Shown one piece after another: positions 54,700 through 64,000 of a stretch of 64,000 nt of DNA (position 1 is the first letter of the stretch; every line of letters starts with the position of its first letter). Source of the stretch: Phycisphaerae bacterium (GTDB taxonomy: Bacteria > Planctomycetota > Phycisphaerae > UBA1845 > Fen-1342); NCBI GenBank assembly GCA_963675745.2, contig CAXXWX010000019.1, forward strand, positions 32,001 to 96,000, written 5' to 3'. Under the pieces are notes generated by a model. That model saw only the letters and a program-made list of their open reading frames with translations. It was not told the origin of the DNA and did not search any database. The position numbers and the translations under genes are program-made.

Positions 54700-57600
54700 A
54701 CCCGTCCGAACAGAAAATCGCCACCATGCTCGGCGCCGTGTTCCGCCATTGGCGGCGCGAACAGCTCGGCTGGTTCACTACGACAACTGCCGCCGCGATT
54801 CTCGCCTGGCTGCTGACCCTGATTATTCTGGACAATCTGGCCATGCTACCGGCGGCTGTGCTGCTGATTGCCTGGGCAGCCCTCCTGCTGACCTTAACCG
54901 TCCGGTCCATTCTGCTGCTTCACCGGTTGACCAGCGGGCGACCTTCGGCGACCCGGTTGGCGCTGCTTTACGAACGCCGAGCGGACAATCATGACAACCG
55001 TCTGATCAACTCGGTGGAGTTTCTCGGATCGCGCCGGGCTCGGCGTAATGCGCTGGCCCAAGCCGCCGTCGTCGAAAACGCCGCCGCACTCGATCTGCGC
55101 ACGGCGCGCCTGGCGGGTGATCTGCGCGCGTCGCGTCGTTTGGCGAAGGCCGCCGTCGCTTTGCTGGTGGTGATGATTGCCTACTCGTCGGCTCGCCCGC
55201 TGTGGGTCGGTAATGCCATCGCCCGGCTCTTCACGCCGTTTGCCCCGGTCACTCACCTGCTGGCCACCGTCCCCATCGTATCGCCCGGCGACGCCGACCT
55301 GATCGAAGGCCAGCCGTTCAACATCAAGGCTGCCATCGAGGTAACGCGTTACAGCACGGTCCCGCGACGAGTCCTGCTCGAATACCGCGTCGCCGATCTC
55401 ACCTGGCAGGAATTCACCATGCGACCGCGCGGCGAGAGCGAATTCAGCTACGAATTCAGCGCGGTGCGGCGATCGTTCGCATACCGCGTACGCGCCGGCC
55501 GCTCACTCAGCCCCACATATCATGCCAGCGTGCAACCCCGACCGCGCGTTGAGGCTCTGCAACTCACCGTTACGCGGCCAGCCTATGCCGGCGCCCAGAC
55601 CAGACGGTTGCCGCCCAACATCGGCGACGCGACGGTGCTCGCCGGATCACAGGTCGGCATCGAGATTACGGCGTCGGCCCCGCTGTCCGCGGCACACGTG
55701 GAGTTCTCCAGCGGCCGCCGAGTGGCGATTCCAATCGCACCGGCCGACCTGCACCGGGGACAGGTGTCGTTGGCGGTGTCAAACACGGATGCGTACACAA
55801 TCCATGTCGCGGATACCGCCGGTCTTGCGAACATCAACCCGCCCCAGTACGCGCTGACCGTGACACCCGATCAGGTCCCGCTGGCCATCGTTACCCGGCC
55901 CGGGCGCGACCTGATCCTCCCTGGCAACGCGTCGCTGGAACTCACCATCGAAGCTCAGGATGACATCGGCCTGACGACCATCGAGCTGCAAACGCGCGCC
56001 CCCGACAGAGACTGGTCGACTGATCAGGAGTGGCCGGTGGAACCCAGCGGGGCGCGGCACTTCCTACAGAGAGCCGCGATCGACCTCGGCACGCTCGGAC
56101 TGAATGTCGGTGATACGCTGCTCTATCGCGTCGTGGCGCATGACAACTGCCGGCCGGCCCCCAACCTGGGGATCGGCCGCACCTGGGCGGTGACCATCGC
56201 CGAGCCGGATGATAGCGCCGCATTGCTGGCGGCCCAGACCAGGCGTCTGCTCGAAGCCCTGCACCGGATTCTCGCGCTGCAGCGCGAGAACCGCGCCGCC
56301 GTGGACATGGATCGCCCAACCGGGCCCGTACGCGGCCGACAGGAACAGATCCGCGATCTCACCGCCGCGCTCGTCGCCGAGCACGCTCAGGATCTGCGCC
56401 CGCGCGAGCACGTGATCGCCGAGCTTGTGGCGTTGGCGGATGGGCCGATGCTCGACGCGGTTCAGAAACTCGGGGACTACGCGGGCGACTACAAGCAGCG
56501 CTTCAAGCTCAAGCCCGCCCTGCTGGAGTTGATGGATCACATCATCGCCCGATTGGCGTCCCTCGTGGGGCAACTCGAACAGTCACTCGCCAGCGCCGCC
56601 CAGGCCCAGCGCGTGCTGGAGCAACTTCAGACCGAGCAGCGCGAGCAGGCGCTTCAGGATATCCGCGAACTGCTCACCAGGCTGCGCGACTTTCTGCCCG
56701 AGCAGGACAAGGTCATCGAGCAGACCGAGGAGTTGGCCCGCAAGGGCGACGACCTGACATCCGGGGATATCGAGACGATTGAACGCCTCAAAGGCATCGA
56801 AGACCGCTGGGCGGAGATTTTCCTGGACAGCGTTCGCGATATCACCAAGCTCACCGAACAGGGTTTTGCCGACGAAACGATCGCCAACGATTACAAGGAG
56901 ATGGTCGAACAGATCGAGGAAGCGAGTCTCAACCTAACGCCTGATCTCGTCGAGCTGGCCGTCCCGCGTGAACAGTCCGGACGCGAGTTAGCCGAATCCC
57001 TCGTCGAGGAAATGGAGATGTGGCTTCCAAACTCACCCGACTACATTCAGTGGGTCATGGAAGAGCCTCTCGATTTCCCGGAGATACCTATGGTTGACCT
57101 GCCCGACCAGCTCTGGGATTTCATCGGCGACTTGATCGAGGAGCAGGACGAGCTCAACGATGCCGCCGAAGACGTCACCAGCGCCTGGGCCGATTCACTG
57201 GCCGAAGGTGCCGGCTGGGAAGTAGCCGGCGGGCCGATCAGTAATTTCAGCGCGGTCGGGAAAACCGGGAACCAACTCCCCGACAACAACGAACTGTCCG
57301 GGCGCTCCGGCGACGGCCGTTCGGGTCGCAGCCAGGGCCAGCTCGTCGAGGACATTGCCAAGGGTCTCCAGGGGCGCAACACGCCGACTCGTATTACCAA
57401 CGACCCGTACGAGGAGGGTGTCGTCAAGGAACTACAGCAGTTGGCCACCAGCGGCGCGACCGGCGGTGGCAAGGCGCGCGGCGCCGGGCAGGAGGGTCTT
57501 CAGGGCGAGAGTCCGCCGCCGCTCTTGAAGGACATGAACTTCATGCGTGACTGGCAGCAGCGCATCCGCCAGAAGGCCGAACGCGTTGCCGGCCAGCTCA

Positions 57601-57899
57601 AGATGTTGCGCATCAACCTCCCCGACCTCGAACGGGCCCTCGAACTCATGCGTGAGGCTGAACAGGCGGGCGTGGAAGGCCGCTACGCCGAGATGTTTCG
57701 CAAACAGCAGATGGTCATGCAACGCCTGCGTCGCAGCGGGGAGCTGGCCGCCCGTGAAATCGCGCTGACGATAGAACGCGCGTACCACCTGCCCGCCGAG
57801 CAGCGCCGCAAAGTGCTCGACGGTCTGGAGGAACCCCTCCCCGAGGAGTATCAGCCGGCCGTCTACCGTTATTTTCAACAACTGAGTGAGTTGCCATGA
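54696..57899 (+). CDS. Large membrane-anchored DUF4175-like protein
   Basis: Three TMs, RLINS, Ig-like region (P.Y, DDIGL), long acidic coiled coil, C-terminal PEEYQPAVYRYF. ATGA overlap. Confidence 0.75.
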   Translation: MNPSEQKIATMLGAVFRHWRREQLGWFTTTTAAAILAWLLTLIILDNLAMLPAAVLLIAWAALLLTLTVRSILLLHRLTSGRPSATRLALLYERRADNHDNRLINSVEFLGSRRARRNALAQAAVVENAAALDLRTARLAGDLRASRRLAKAAVALLVVMIAYSSARPLWVGNAIARLFTPFAPVTHLLATVPIVSPGDADLIEGQPFNIKAAIEVTRYSTVPRRVLLEYRVADLTWQEFTMRPRGESEFSYEFSAVRRSFAYRVRAGRSLSPTYHASVQPRPRVEALQLTVTRPAYAGAQTRRLPPNIGDATVLAGSQVGIEITASAPLSAAHVEFSSGRRVAIPIAPADLHRGQVSLAVSNTDAYTIHVADTAGLANINPPQYALTVTPDQVPLAIVTRPGRDLILPGNASLELTIEAQDDIGLTTIELQTRAPDRDWSTDQEWPVEPSGARHFLQRAAIDLGTLGLNVGDTLLYRVVAHDNCRPAPNLGIGRTWAVTIAEPDDSAALLAAQTRRLLEALHRILALQRENRAAVDMDRPTGPVRGRQEQIRDLTAALVAEHAQDLRPREHVIAELVALADGPMLDAVQKLGDYAGDYKQRFKLKPALLELMDHIIARLASLVGQLEQSLASAAQAQRVLEQLQTEQREQALQDIRELLTRLRDFLPEQDKVIEQTEELARKGDDLTSGDIETIERLKGIEDRWAEIFLDSVRDITKLTEQGFADETIANDYKEMVEQIEEASLNLTPDLVELAVPREQSGRELAESLVEEMEMWLPNSPDYIQWVMEEPLDFPEIPMVDLPDQLWDFIGDLIEEQDELNDAAEDVTSAWADSLAEGAGWEVAGGPISNFSAVGKTGNQLPDNNELSGRSGDGRSGRSQGQLVEDIAKGLQGRNTPTRITNDPYEEGVVKELQQLATSGATGGGKARGAGQEGLQGESPPPLLKDMNFMRDWQQRIRQKAERVAGQLKMLRINLPDLERALELMREAEQAGVEGRYAEMFRKQQMVMQRLRRSGELAAREIALTIERAYHLPAEQRRKVLDGLEEPLPEEYQPAVYRYFQQLSELP

Positions 57900-60385
57900 C
57901 CAGGCGGCAGACAATCGCGCTCGCCGGCATGTCCCGGCTCCTGCGGTGCCGGTTACCAGGGCATATGTGGCACCGGCTTCCAGCCGGTGGATGTTGGCAA
58001 ACTAAGCACACCGTCTCGTGGGGCGCGGTCGCCCGCCACACGGCCGCCCTGCTGGCACTGCTCTTCGCCACAGCTCCCGGCATCGCAGACGATTGGTGGG
58101 ATGCCAAGTGGGACTATCGCGCGCGTCTCGATTGCCCCGCGGGCGCCGGTGACGTTGCCTACGCGACGATCAACACCGCCGGTCGCACGGCCGAAGACGG
58201 TTGTGATCTGCGTCTGGTGGATAGCGCCGGTCGCCTGCGTCCCTTCGAAATCCTCCACCACGATCCACAGCTTGCCACGCTGATCTGTTTTCAGGTTCCG
58301 CCGGGCGAGGCATCGAGCGTCTGGCTCTACTACGGCAACAGCCGCGCGCGCCCTATAGAGACCAACTATCCGACTCGCAAGTCACAGCATGAAGCACGTG
58401 AGCGCTGGGAACAGGTCGAACAGGAACGCCAGCGCATCATCGGCCTGCGTCGCCCACAGGAACGCCGCCTGCACGAACTGCGGCGCAAACTTGACGAGGC
58501 CGAAAGCGCCGGCCAGGAGCCAACCGCCCGCAGTTATCGTCAGCAGATCGCGCGCATCGAAGAGCAGCTTGCCGACATCGGCCCCGTGCCCGAGAACCCC
58601 CGGCCGACCACGACCGGTCCGTGGCAGCGTCATCGGGGTGTTCTGCTACGCACCTACCGCAAGGCCAAGGAGACCCACCCGGCCACGCTGCGCGAATTCA
58701 ACGCGCTCAAGCGACACAGCGAAGCTGAAGGCGCCGCATTTCGCGGCGCAATCTCCGACGGCTTCAATCCGTTCGGCACCAGCGACAACTATCTCAGCGA
58801 ATACGACGGCTTCCTGCAAATCCCCGATGATGGTGAATACGGCTTCTGTACCGTCAGCGATGACGGAAGCTGGCTCTACATCAATGATCGGCTGATCGTC
58901 GAGTGGCCGGGAAGCCACCGTTTCGAAGAAGGCGCGCACGGCGAGAAGAACGGCACGCTGCGCCTCAAGCAGGGCATCGCACACATACGGTATTACCACG
59001 AGGAAGGCACCGGTGGGCAGATGGCGTATGTGGCCTGGAAACCGCCCGGCGCCGAGCGCTTCGCGCCGATCCCCCGGCGTCAGTGGCTAAGTGTGCGCGA
59101 GGCGAGCGCCGGCGCGTACCAGCCCCGCCGGGCGCCCCTCATGGCCGTCCCGGATGTCCAGGTGCTCCACACGTTCTGGGCGCCCGACTCTGAAGGGCTT
59201 CAGGCGACCATGCTGCAATGCGAAGATCACAGTTATGTGGAGCGCGGCGAGATCGAATCGGTGCGCTGGTCATTCGCCGATGGGCTCGAAGCCGATGGGC
59301 CGTCCGTGCAACACGCGTTGTTTCGCACAGGTCGGCCGACCATCACGCTCACCGTCACCGATCGTCGCGGGCGCGAAGACAGCATCACCTGCGCGCCGCG
59401 TATCTTTCAGGTCGATGTGGTCGCCGCCTACTTCCGCTATGGCAGCCCGGAGGAGTATCAGCAGTCGGCGGCGGATTATGATGTCGAACACATGAACCGC
59501 GACGACCTGGACCAATACGCGCGCTTCTGGAACCTGGTGGAAGACTGGCCGCAGCATGCCCGCGCCGCTGATGCGTTTGTTCGTCGTTTCCCGGATCACG
59601 CCGACGCACCGAGTCTTGCGGCTACGGGTGCCAAGGCATACCTCGATCCGGGCATCTACGATGCGGCACGCGCCGACCAGCTCTTGCGGACGATCAGCGA
59701 GAGCACCGAGCGGACGAACGCCCGACGACGGGCGCGCCTTGACCGTGCGCATCTGCTCGCCTGGCATCTCGGTCAGCCGGCCGCGGCCAGGAGCGTCTAC
59801 GACGAGATATATGCGGCAGTTGAGGATGACCAGCGCAAAGGCCCACGCATCATGGCGCGCGAGTGTCTGATCGGGGTTGCCGACGTGGCGTTGCTGGAAG
59901 GTCAATACGAGCAGGCGGAACGCGGCTATCGTGACGTCCCGCCCGTCGAGCGGCGTACGATTGAGCTGCCGGAATTGCTGTCCAAGACCGGCGGCAACGC
60001 CTACGTGGTCGACGATCTCATCCGCCGCGGGGAATACGAGTGGGCCCGCCGCGCGCTTGACCGCTGGGAAGACGAGTTTCCCGTGCAGAAGCTGGAGGGC
60101 TATACGTTTTTTCTGCGCGGCAAGGTGCTGTTCATCGAGGCTCCCGGCGAACTGGCCCTGCGCTACCTCGAGCTGGCCGAAAGCGTTGCCCCGAAAGCGG
60201 TTCACGTGCCGGAGGCGGTTTGGCTGCGCGCCAACTGCTTGATGGCGCTGGGGCGCTATGAAGAGGCCGCCCTGCAATTCACGCGCATCGCGCACGAGTT
60301 TACCTACTCGGAGTTCTTCGGGCGCGTCGATGAAAAGCTCAGGGAATGTCGCGAGGCAATGGAAGATGCTCCCCCGCCCGAGTAA
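57896..60385 (+). CDS. Exported multidomain protein: DUF2341-like, PA14, PKD-like, TPR
   Basis: WWDAKWDYR..DLRLVD..WLYYGN; YDGFLQIP..SDDGSWLYIN (PA14); WSFADG..LTVTD..G (PKD-like); helical TPR C-terminus. Confidence 0.78.
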   Translation: MTRRQTIALAGMSRLLRCRLPGHMWHRLPAGGCWQTKHTVSWGAVARHTAALLALLFATAPGIADDWWDAKWDYRARLDCPAGAGDVAYATINTAGRTAEDGCDLRLVDSAGRLRPFEILHHDPQLATLICFQVPPGEASSVWLYYGNSRARPIETNYPTRKSQHEARERWEQVEQERQRIIGLRRPQERRLHELRRKLDEAESAGQEPTARSYRQQIARIEEQLADIGPVPENPRPTTTGPWQRHRGVLLRTYRKAKETHPATLREFNALKRHSEAEGAAFRGAISDGFNPFGTSDNYLSEYDGFLQIPDDGEYGFCTVSDDGSWLYINDRLIVEWPGSHRFEEGAHGEKNGTLRLKQGIAHIRYYHEEGTGGQMAYVAWKPPGAERFAPIPRRQWLSVREASAGAYQPRRAPLMAVPDVQVLHTFWAPDSEGLQATMLQCEDHSYVERGEIESVRWSFADGLEADGPSVQHALFRTGRPTITLTVTDRRGREDSITCAPRIFQVDVVAAYFRYGSPEEYQQSAADYDVEHMNRDDLDQYARFWNLVEDWPQHARAADAFVRRFPDHADAPSLAATGAKAYLDPGIYDAARADQLLRTISESTERTNARRRARLDRAHLLAWHLGQPAAARSVYDEIYAAVEDDQRKGPRIMARECLIGVADVALLEGQYEQAERGYRDVPPVERRTIELPELLSKTGGNAYVVDDLIRRGEYEWARRALDRWEDEFPVQKLEGYTFFLRGKVLFIEAPGELALRYLELAESVAPKAVHVPEAVWLRANCLMALGRYEEAALQFTRIAHEFTYSEFFGRVDEKLRECREAMEDAPPPE

Positions 60386-61505
60386 GCGCACCGTTGGCCA
60401 GGCCTTGTGCCTTTGGTCACTGCTGTGCTGCGCGTTCGCAATGCCCGGTACACCACCGCACGCCACAAGCCAACCGACAACCAGGCCCGGGGAACGCGCC
60501 AACCTGCCGGCCAATGGCAGATTCGAGCAGGTCAACGCCAAGACCGGCCTGCCGGTTGGCTGGACCAGCCAACGGCCGGACAACGTCAAGACCACACTCA
60601 GCGATGATCGCTTGCGCCGCCGCGTCGTCGAAATGACCGGCGACAAAAAACTGATGGGCGGCTATGGCGTTGATCTGCTTAGCGGTCGGATTCCCTGCAA
60701 GGCCAACACGTACTACCGTTGCACCGGCTACACGCGCTCCGACGGCCCGAACATGAAGGTTTTTGTGAAGGGCTATGCGCGCGTTACACGGCGCGTCGAG
60801 GGCAAGCTGGAAACGTTCGACGACCAGGTTTACCAGACACGCAAGGACATCGCGCCGACCGAGGAATGGACGCCCTTCTCGCTGGACTTCCACATCGTAC
60901 CGTCCGACGTTTTCAGCGATCATCAGCATGAAATCGAGTATGTGCGCATCAAGCTCTGGGCGTACTGGCCGGCGGGCACGTGTTGGTTCGACGACATCCG
61001 CTTCGTGGAGCTCGACCCGCTGGCGGCGTCGCAACAGCGCGACAAGCGTCCGGTGACCCATATGGACGTGCCGCCGCGACTGCTGCCCAGCGTGGAAGAC
61101 GACGGCGCGGTTGACGAAGCCGACCTGTGGCGTGCCGCGCTGAACGCTTTTAACGACGGGCGCGCGGCGGAGGCCTGGCCGGTGGTCGACGAACTGCTGT
61201 CGCGTGCGCCGGAGAACATCGACTACCACGTGCTGGCGGCCCGCTGTCTAGTAAAGCTAGAAAAACTGGATTTGGCGGAAAAGCAGGTGTCGTGGCTCTT
61301 GGCCGGCCAGCGCAAGCTCGAGCCGTGGCAGCGCGACTGGACGCTTGTGGTCCGCGGCAAACTGCTGTGGCTACGCGAACGCCGGGCCGACGCTGTCGCA
61401 TGTCTTGAAGACGTTGTCCGCTCTGCTGCGTCCGAGCACGCCCGGGCGGCCGCACGCCAATTGCTGCTCGACATGAGGCAGACGTCGCAGCCGTCCAAGC
61501 CGTAG
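60366..61505 (+). CDS. Exported protein with CBM4/9-like domain and TPR repeats
   Basis: Signal peptide; NLPANGRFE..PVGW..WFDDI, then TPR-like helices. Overlaps the upstream gene end. Confidence 0.72.
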   Translation: MLPRPSKRTVGQALCLWSLLCCAFAMPGTPPHATSQPTTRPGERANLPANGRFEQVNAKTGLPVGWTSQRPDNVKTTLSDDRLRRRVVEMTGDKKLMGGYGVDLLSGRIPCKANTYYRCTGYTRSDGPNMKVFVKGYARVTRRVEGKLETFDDQVYQTRKDIAPTEEWTPFSLDFHIVPSDVFSDHQHEIEYVRIKLWAYWPAGTCWFDDIRFVELDPLAASQQRDKRPVTHMDVPPRLLPSVEDDGAVDEADLWRAALNAFNDGRAAEAWPVVDELLSRAPENIDYHVLAARCLVKLEKLDLAEKQVSWLLAGQRKLEPWQRDWTLVVRGKLLWLRERRADAVACLEDVVRSAASEHARAAARQLLLDMRQTSQPSKP

Positions 61506-61532
61506 CGACGCCGGACGCACATCCCCCCCACC

Positions 61533-61548
61533 TGTTTCACGTGAAACA
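61533..61548. other. parS centromere-like site
   Basis: Perfect palindrome TGTTTCACGTGAAACA upstream of parB. Confidence 0.95.
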
Positions 61549-61589
61549 CAAATCGCACGCCGGCCAGCTCGGCAATGGCGGCGGTAGTA

Positions 61590-61618
61590 TTGACACTCGG
61601 GGCATCTGGCGCTCTACT
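61590..61618 (+). promoter_or_regulatory. Putative sigma70 promoter of parB
   Basis: TTGACA (61590-61595), 17-bp spacer, TCTACT (61613-61618); GGAGG RBS follows. Confidence 0.55.
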
Positions 61619-61645
61619 TCACACATACACCATATGGAGGACAGT

Positions 61646-62548
61646 ATGTCAAAACCAACGCAGCGTCTCGGCCGCGGCCTGAGCACCCTGGTGGGCAGCC
61701 GACCAACCGCAGCCATCCCACCAACGGACGTGACTGATAGCGATCGCGATGAACACACGGTGGACGTCCCCGTTGATGCCATTCGTGTGAACCCCAGACA
61801 GCCGCGGACCGTCTTCGACGATCAAGCGCTGGAAGGTCTCGCCGAGTCAATTAAAACTCACGGCCTCATGCAGCCGGTGGTCGTCCGGCCGTTGGGAAAT
61901 GGGCGGTACGAGCTCATCGCCGGCGAACGGCGTTGGCGCGCGTGTCGCCTGGCTGGTGTGACCTCCGTAGCCGCGGCTGTTCGCAAATGCTCGGACGCCG
62001 AGGCGCTTGAACTGGCCCTGGTGGAAAACCTCCAGCGGGAGGATCTGAATCCGATAGAGCGCGCCATGGCCTATCGCACGTATATCGACGAGATGCGCGT
62101 CACCGCCGAGGTGCTGGCGACGCGGACCGCCCAGAGTCGGGCTAATATCGCTAACTACTTGCGCCTACTTAATTTTGGCGATGAGATTCGCGCGATGGTC
62201 AATGATGGCCAACTGGGAATGGGGCAGGCGCGTGCAATTGCCGGCATTAGTGACGCACAGCGTCAGTTGGCTGTGGCACGCATGGCGGTACGGCGAAACC
62301 TGTCCGTACGCCAGGTGGAACGTTTGGCCACGGGAAGCCAGCCTGTGCGCGCCAAGGAAGACGGTGCAAGCGGTGCGGAGCGACACCAGAGTGAGGTTGA
62401 GGCGGCGCTGAGCAAGTCGCTGGGCATGGCGGTGAAGCTGCATTCCGGCCGCCGAAAGAACTCCGGGCGCGTTGTGATACACTACAAAGACCTCGAGGAG
62501 TTTGATCGCATCGCGCAGAGGCTTGGGGGAAAGAGGGAGTTGGAGTAA
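61646..62548 (+). CDS. parB: Chromosome partitioning protein ParB/Spo0J
   Basis: RLGRGL, NPRQPR, LIAGERRWRA, ENLQREDLNPIE, HTH, NYLRLL. Confidence 0.96.
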   Translation: MSKPTQRLGRGLSTLVGSRPTAAIPPTDVTDSDRDEHTVDVPVDAIRVNPRQPRTVFDDQALEGLAESIKTHGLMQPVVVRPLGNGRYELIAGERRWRACRLAGVTSVAAAVRKCSDAEALELALVENLQREDLNPIERAMAYRTYIDEMRVTAEVLATRTAQSRANIANYLRLLNFGDEIRAMVNDGQLGMGQARAIAGISDAQRQLAVARMAVRRNLSVRQVERLATGSQPVRAKEDGASGAERHQSEVEAALSKSLGMAVKLHSGRRKNSGRVVIHYKDLEEFDRIAQRLGGKRELE

Positions 62549-62553
62549 GACCG

Positions 62554-63414
62554 ATGTCCAATCCGCGCCCGGCCCAGCAGGCGGGCCGATTCTACCCGCA
62601 GGATGAGAACTCCTGTAGAGGGTTGCTCGGCAAGTGTTTTGAGGGTACGAGCGGCGTGCCGGCTGCTGTCGGGGCGGTCGTGCCGCACGCCGGGTGGGTG
62701 TATAGCGGCGCGACGGCCGCGCTGGGGATTGCGGGCGTGGTTGGCTCTAATCCGGACACGGTGGTGATCTTCGGGGCTGTTCACGTGATGTGCCGTGATA
62801 TCGCAAGCGTTTTTGATCTGGGTGCATGGGCGACGCCATTGGGGTCGCTCGAGGTGGATGAGGCCCTTGCGGCGGCGTTGGTCGGATCGGAACTCATGCG
62901 GGCGAATCGGCAGGCGCATGAGCGAGAGCATTCGATCGAGGTTCAGCTTCCGTTGCTGAAGTACGCCGGTGGGGATATGAAGATTGTACCGGTGATGGTC
63001 GCACCGTGTGTGGAGGCGGTGGAGGTGGGGCGAGAGGTGGGGCGTGTGGTACGCAACTGCGGCAAGCGGGTCGCTTTTCTGGCGTCAACGGACTTGACGC
63101 ACTATGGTCCGGCGTTTCAGTATGAGCCGGCGGGGCATGGTCGGGAGGGCATTCGGTGGGCGAAGGATGTGAACGACCGGCGTTTGATCGGGCTGATTGA
63201 GCAGGGGGATGGTGAGGGTGTTATTGCGGACGCCGAGGCGCATAGGAGCGCATGCGGTGCCGGGGCGGTGGCGGCGCTGCTGGGGGCGATGGAGGAACTG
63301 AGGTACTCGGGGTACGAGGAGTTGCGGCACACGACGAGTGCGGATGTTGAGCTGGCGCGCGGGGGGAGTGCGGTCAATTCTGTTGGCTATGAGGCGGGGA
63401 TATTCCGGGTTTGA
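62554..63414 (+). CDS. amrB: AmmeMemoRadiSam system protein B (MEMO1 family)
   Basis: AGRFYP, PHAGWVYSG, EHSIEVQLP, STDLTHYG, ACG, SVGY. Confidence 0.92.
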   Translation: MSNPRPAQQAGRFYPQDENSCRGLLGKCFEGTSGVPAAVGAVVPHAGWVYSGATAALGIAGVVGSNPDTVVIFGAVHVMCRDIASVFDLGAWATPLGSLEVDEALAAALVGSELMRANRQAHEREHSIEVQLPLLKYAGGDMKIVPVMVAPCVEAVEVGREVGRVVRNCGKRVAFLASTDLTHYGPAFQYEPAGHGREGIRWAKDVNDRRLIGLIEQGDGEGVIADAEAHRSACGAGAVAALLGAMEELRYSGYEELRHTTSADVELARGGSAVNSVGYEAGIFRV

Positions 63415-63420
63415 CAAATG

Positions 63421-63436
63421 TGTTTCACGTGAAACG
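63421..63436. other. parS site (one mismatch)
   Basis: TGTTTCACGTGAAACG directly after the amrB stop. Confidence 0.9.
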
Positions 63437-63734
63437 TTTATCACACGTGGACGGCGTGGATGTCATGGTTGATGACCTGGGCATAGATCGTGCCAGAGAT
63501 GCGCTGCGGATAAGCGCATCAAGCGTAAAGGTTTGCAATAGCAGAGCTTACAATCGAGGCTGCGAGCGGGAGCGCGCACGACCGCTCGCAAACGAACTGT
63601 GCATAGACAGCAACTTGTCCCCTCAATCCCTCCATTGACGGCCCGTCGTTTAGCATGTACCGCGCAGCAACTGCTGGCAAGCACCGCCGCTATCCGGGGC
63701 GATCGCCAGTCTCCGCGCGGGGCTCAGTTTGGTG

Positions 63735-63938
63735 CTAGTCGAGTGGCTTCACATTCTGGGCCTTGGGGCCCTTGTCTCCCTGGATTACCTCGAACTCCAC
63801 GCGCTGGCCTTCGTTGAGTGACCGGTGACCATCGGCGATGATCGCGGTCTGGTGCACAAACACGTCCGCACCGTCGTCAGAACTGATGAAGCCAAACCCT
63901 TTTGTGTCATTGAACCACTTGACCGTACCCGTTGCCAT
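63735..63938 (-). CDS. Cold-shock protein (CspA family)
   Basis: GTVKWFN, KGFGFI, DVFVH, GPKAQNV. Confidence 0.97.
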   Translation of the reverse strand: MATGTVKWFNDTKGFGFISSDDGADVFVHQTAIIADGHRSLNEGQRVEFEVIQGDKGPKAQNVKPLD

Positions 63939-64000
63939 TGGACATCTACCTTGCTGCTGCGCCGAGGATCGGATCCGGTGGAAACAAACGTTGTTTCGTA

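Noticed and set aside
63437..63734. oriC call
   Set aside because: Only one near-consensus DnaA box, no clear AT-rich unwinding element and no dnaA in the window.
63981..63997. Third parS site near the window end
   Set aside because: GAAACAA-ACG-TTGTTTC is a small hairpin upstream of the cold-shock gene and does not match the parS consensus.

Overview
GC-rich bacterial window, most likely Planctomycetota (Phycisphaerae-like). This is inferred from a C-terminal GDxNxDG dockerin-like repeat protein, a TPR + double RNAP alpha-CTD protein, a zinc-ribbon membrane protein and a DUF4159/MoxR/DUF58/BatA operon. Most genes are housekeeping: galE, mutS, neuA/B/C-like, folC, aroB, prkA + DUF444, metH, tgt, yajC, ligA, pgeF, murI, aroK, a PTPS/QueD-family gene, an amidase, two CNNM genes, parB with two parS sites, amrB and a cold-shock gene. 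Main points of interest: (1) a four-helix-bundle (23S-IVS/Avd-like) gene between prkA and DUF444, bracketed by a 39-nt inverted repeat built from 8-mer units; (2) a translationally coupled three-gene cassette (TIGR04255-like, NWDGY-motif protein, ART-like protein) where spoVR would be expected, a candidate defence/toxin-antitoxin module; (3) a kexin-like subtilase missing from the ORF track, with Glu at the catalytic Asp position; (4) a one-base frameshift splitting the prepilin peptidase; (5) a PTPS-III-type motif in the QueD homologue; (6) several REP/REPIN families. No rRNA, tRNA, CRISPR array or transposase was recognised. All family calls come from motif recognition by eye; no searches were run.
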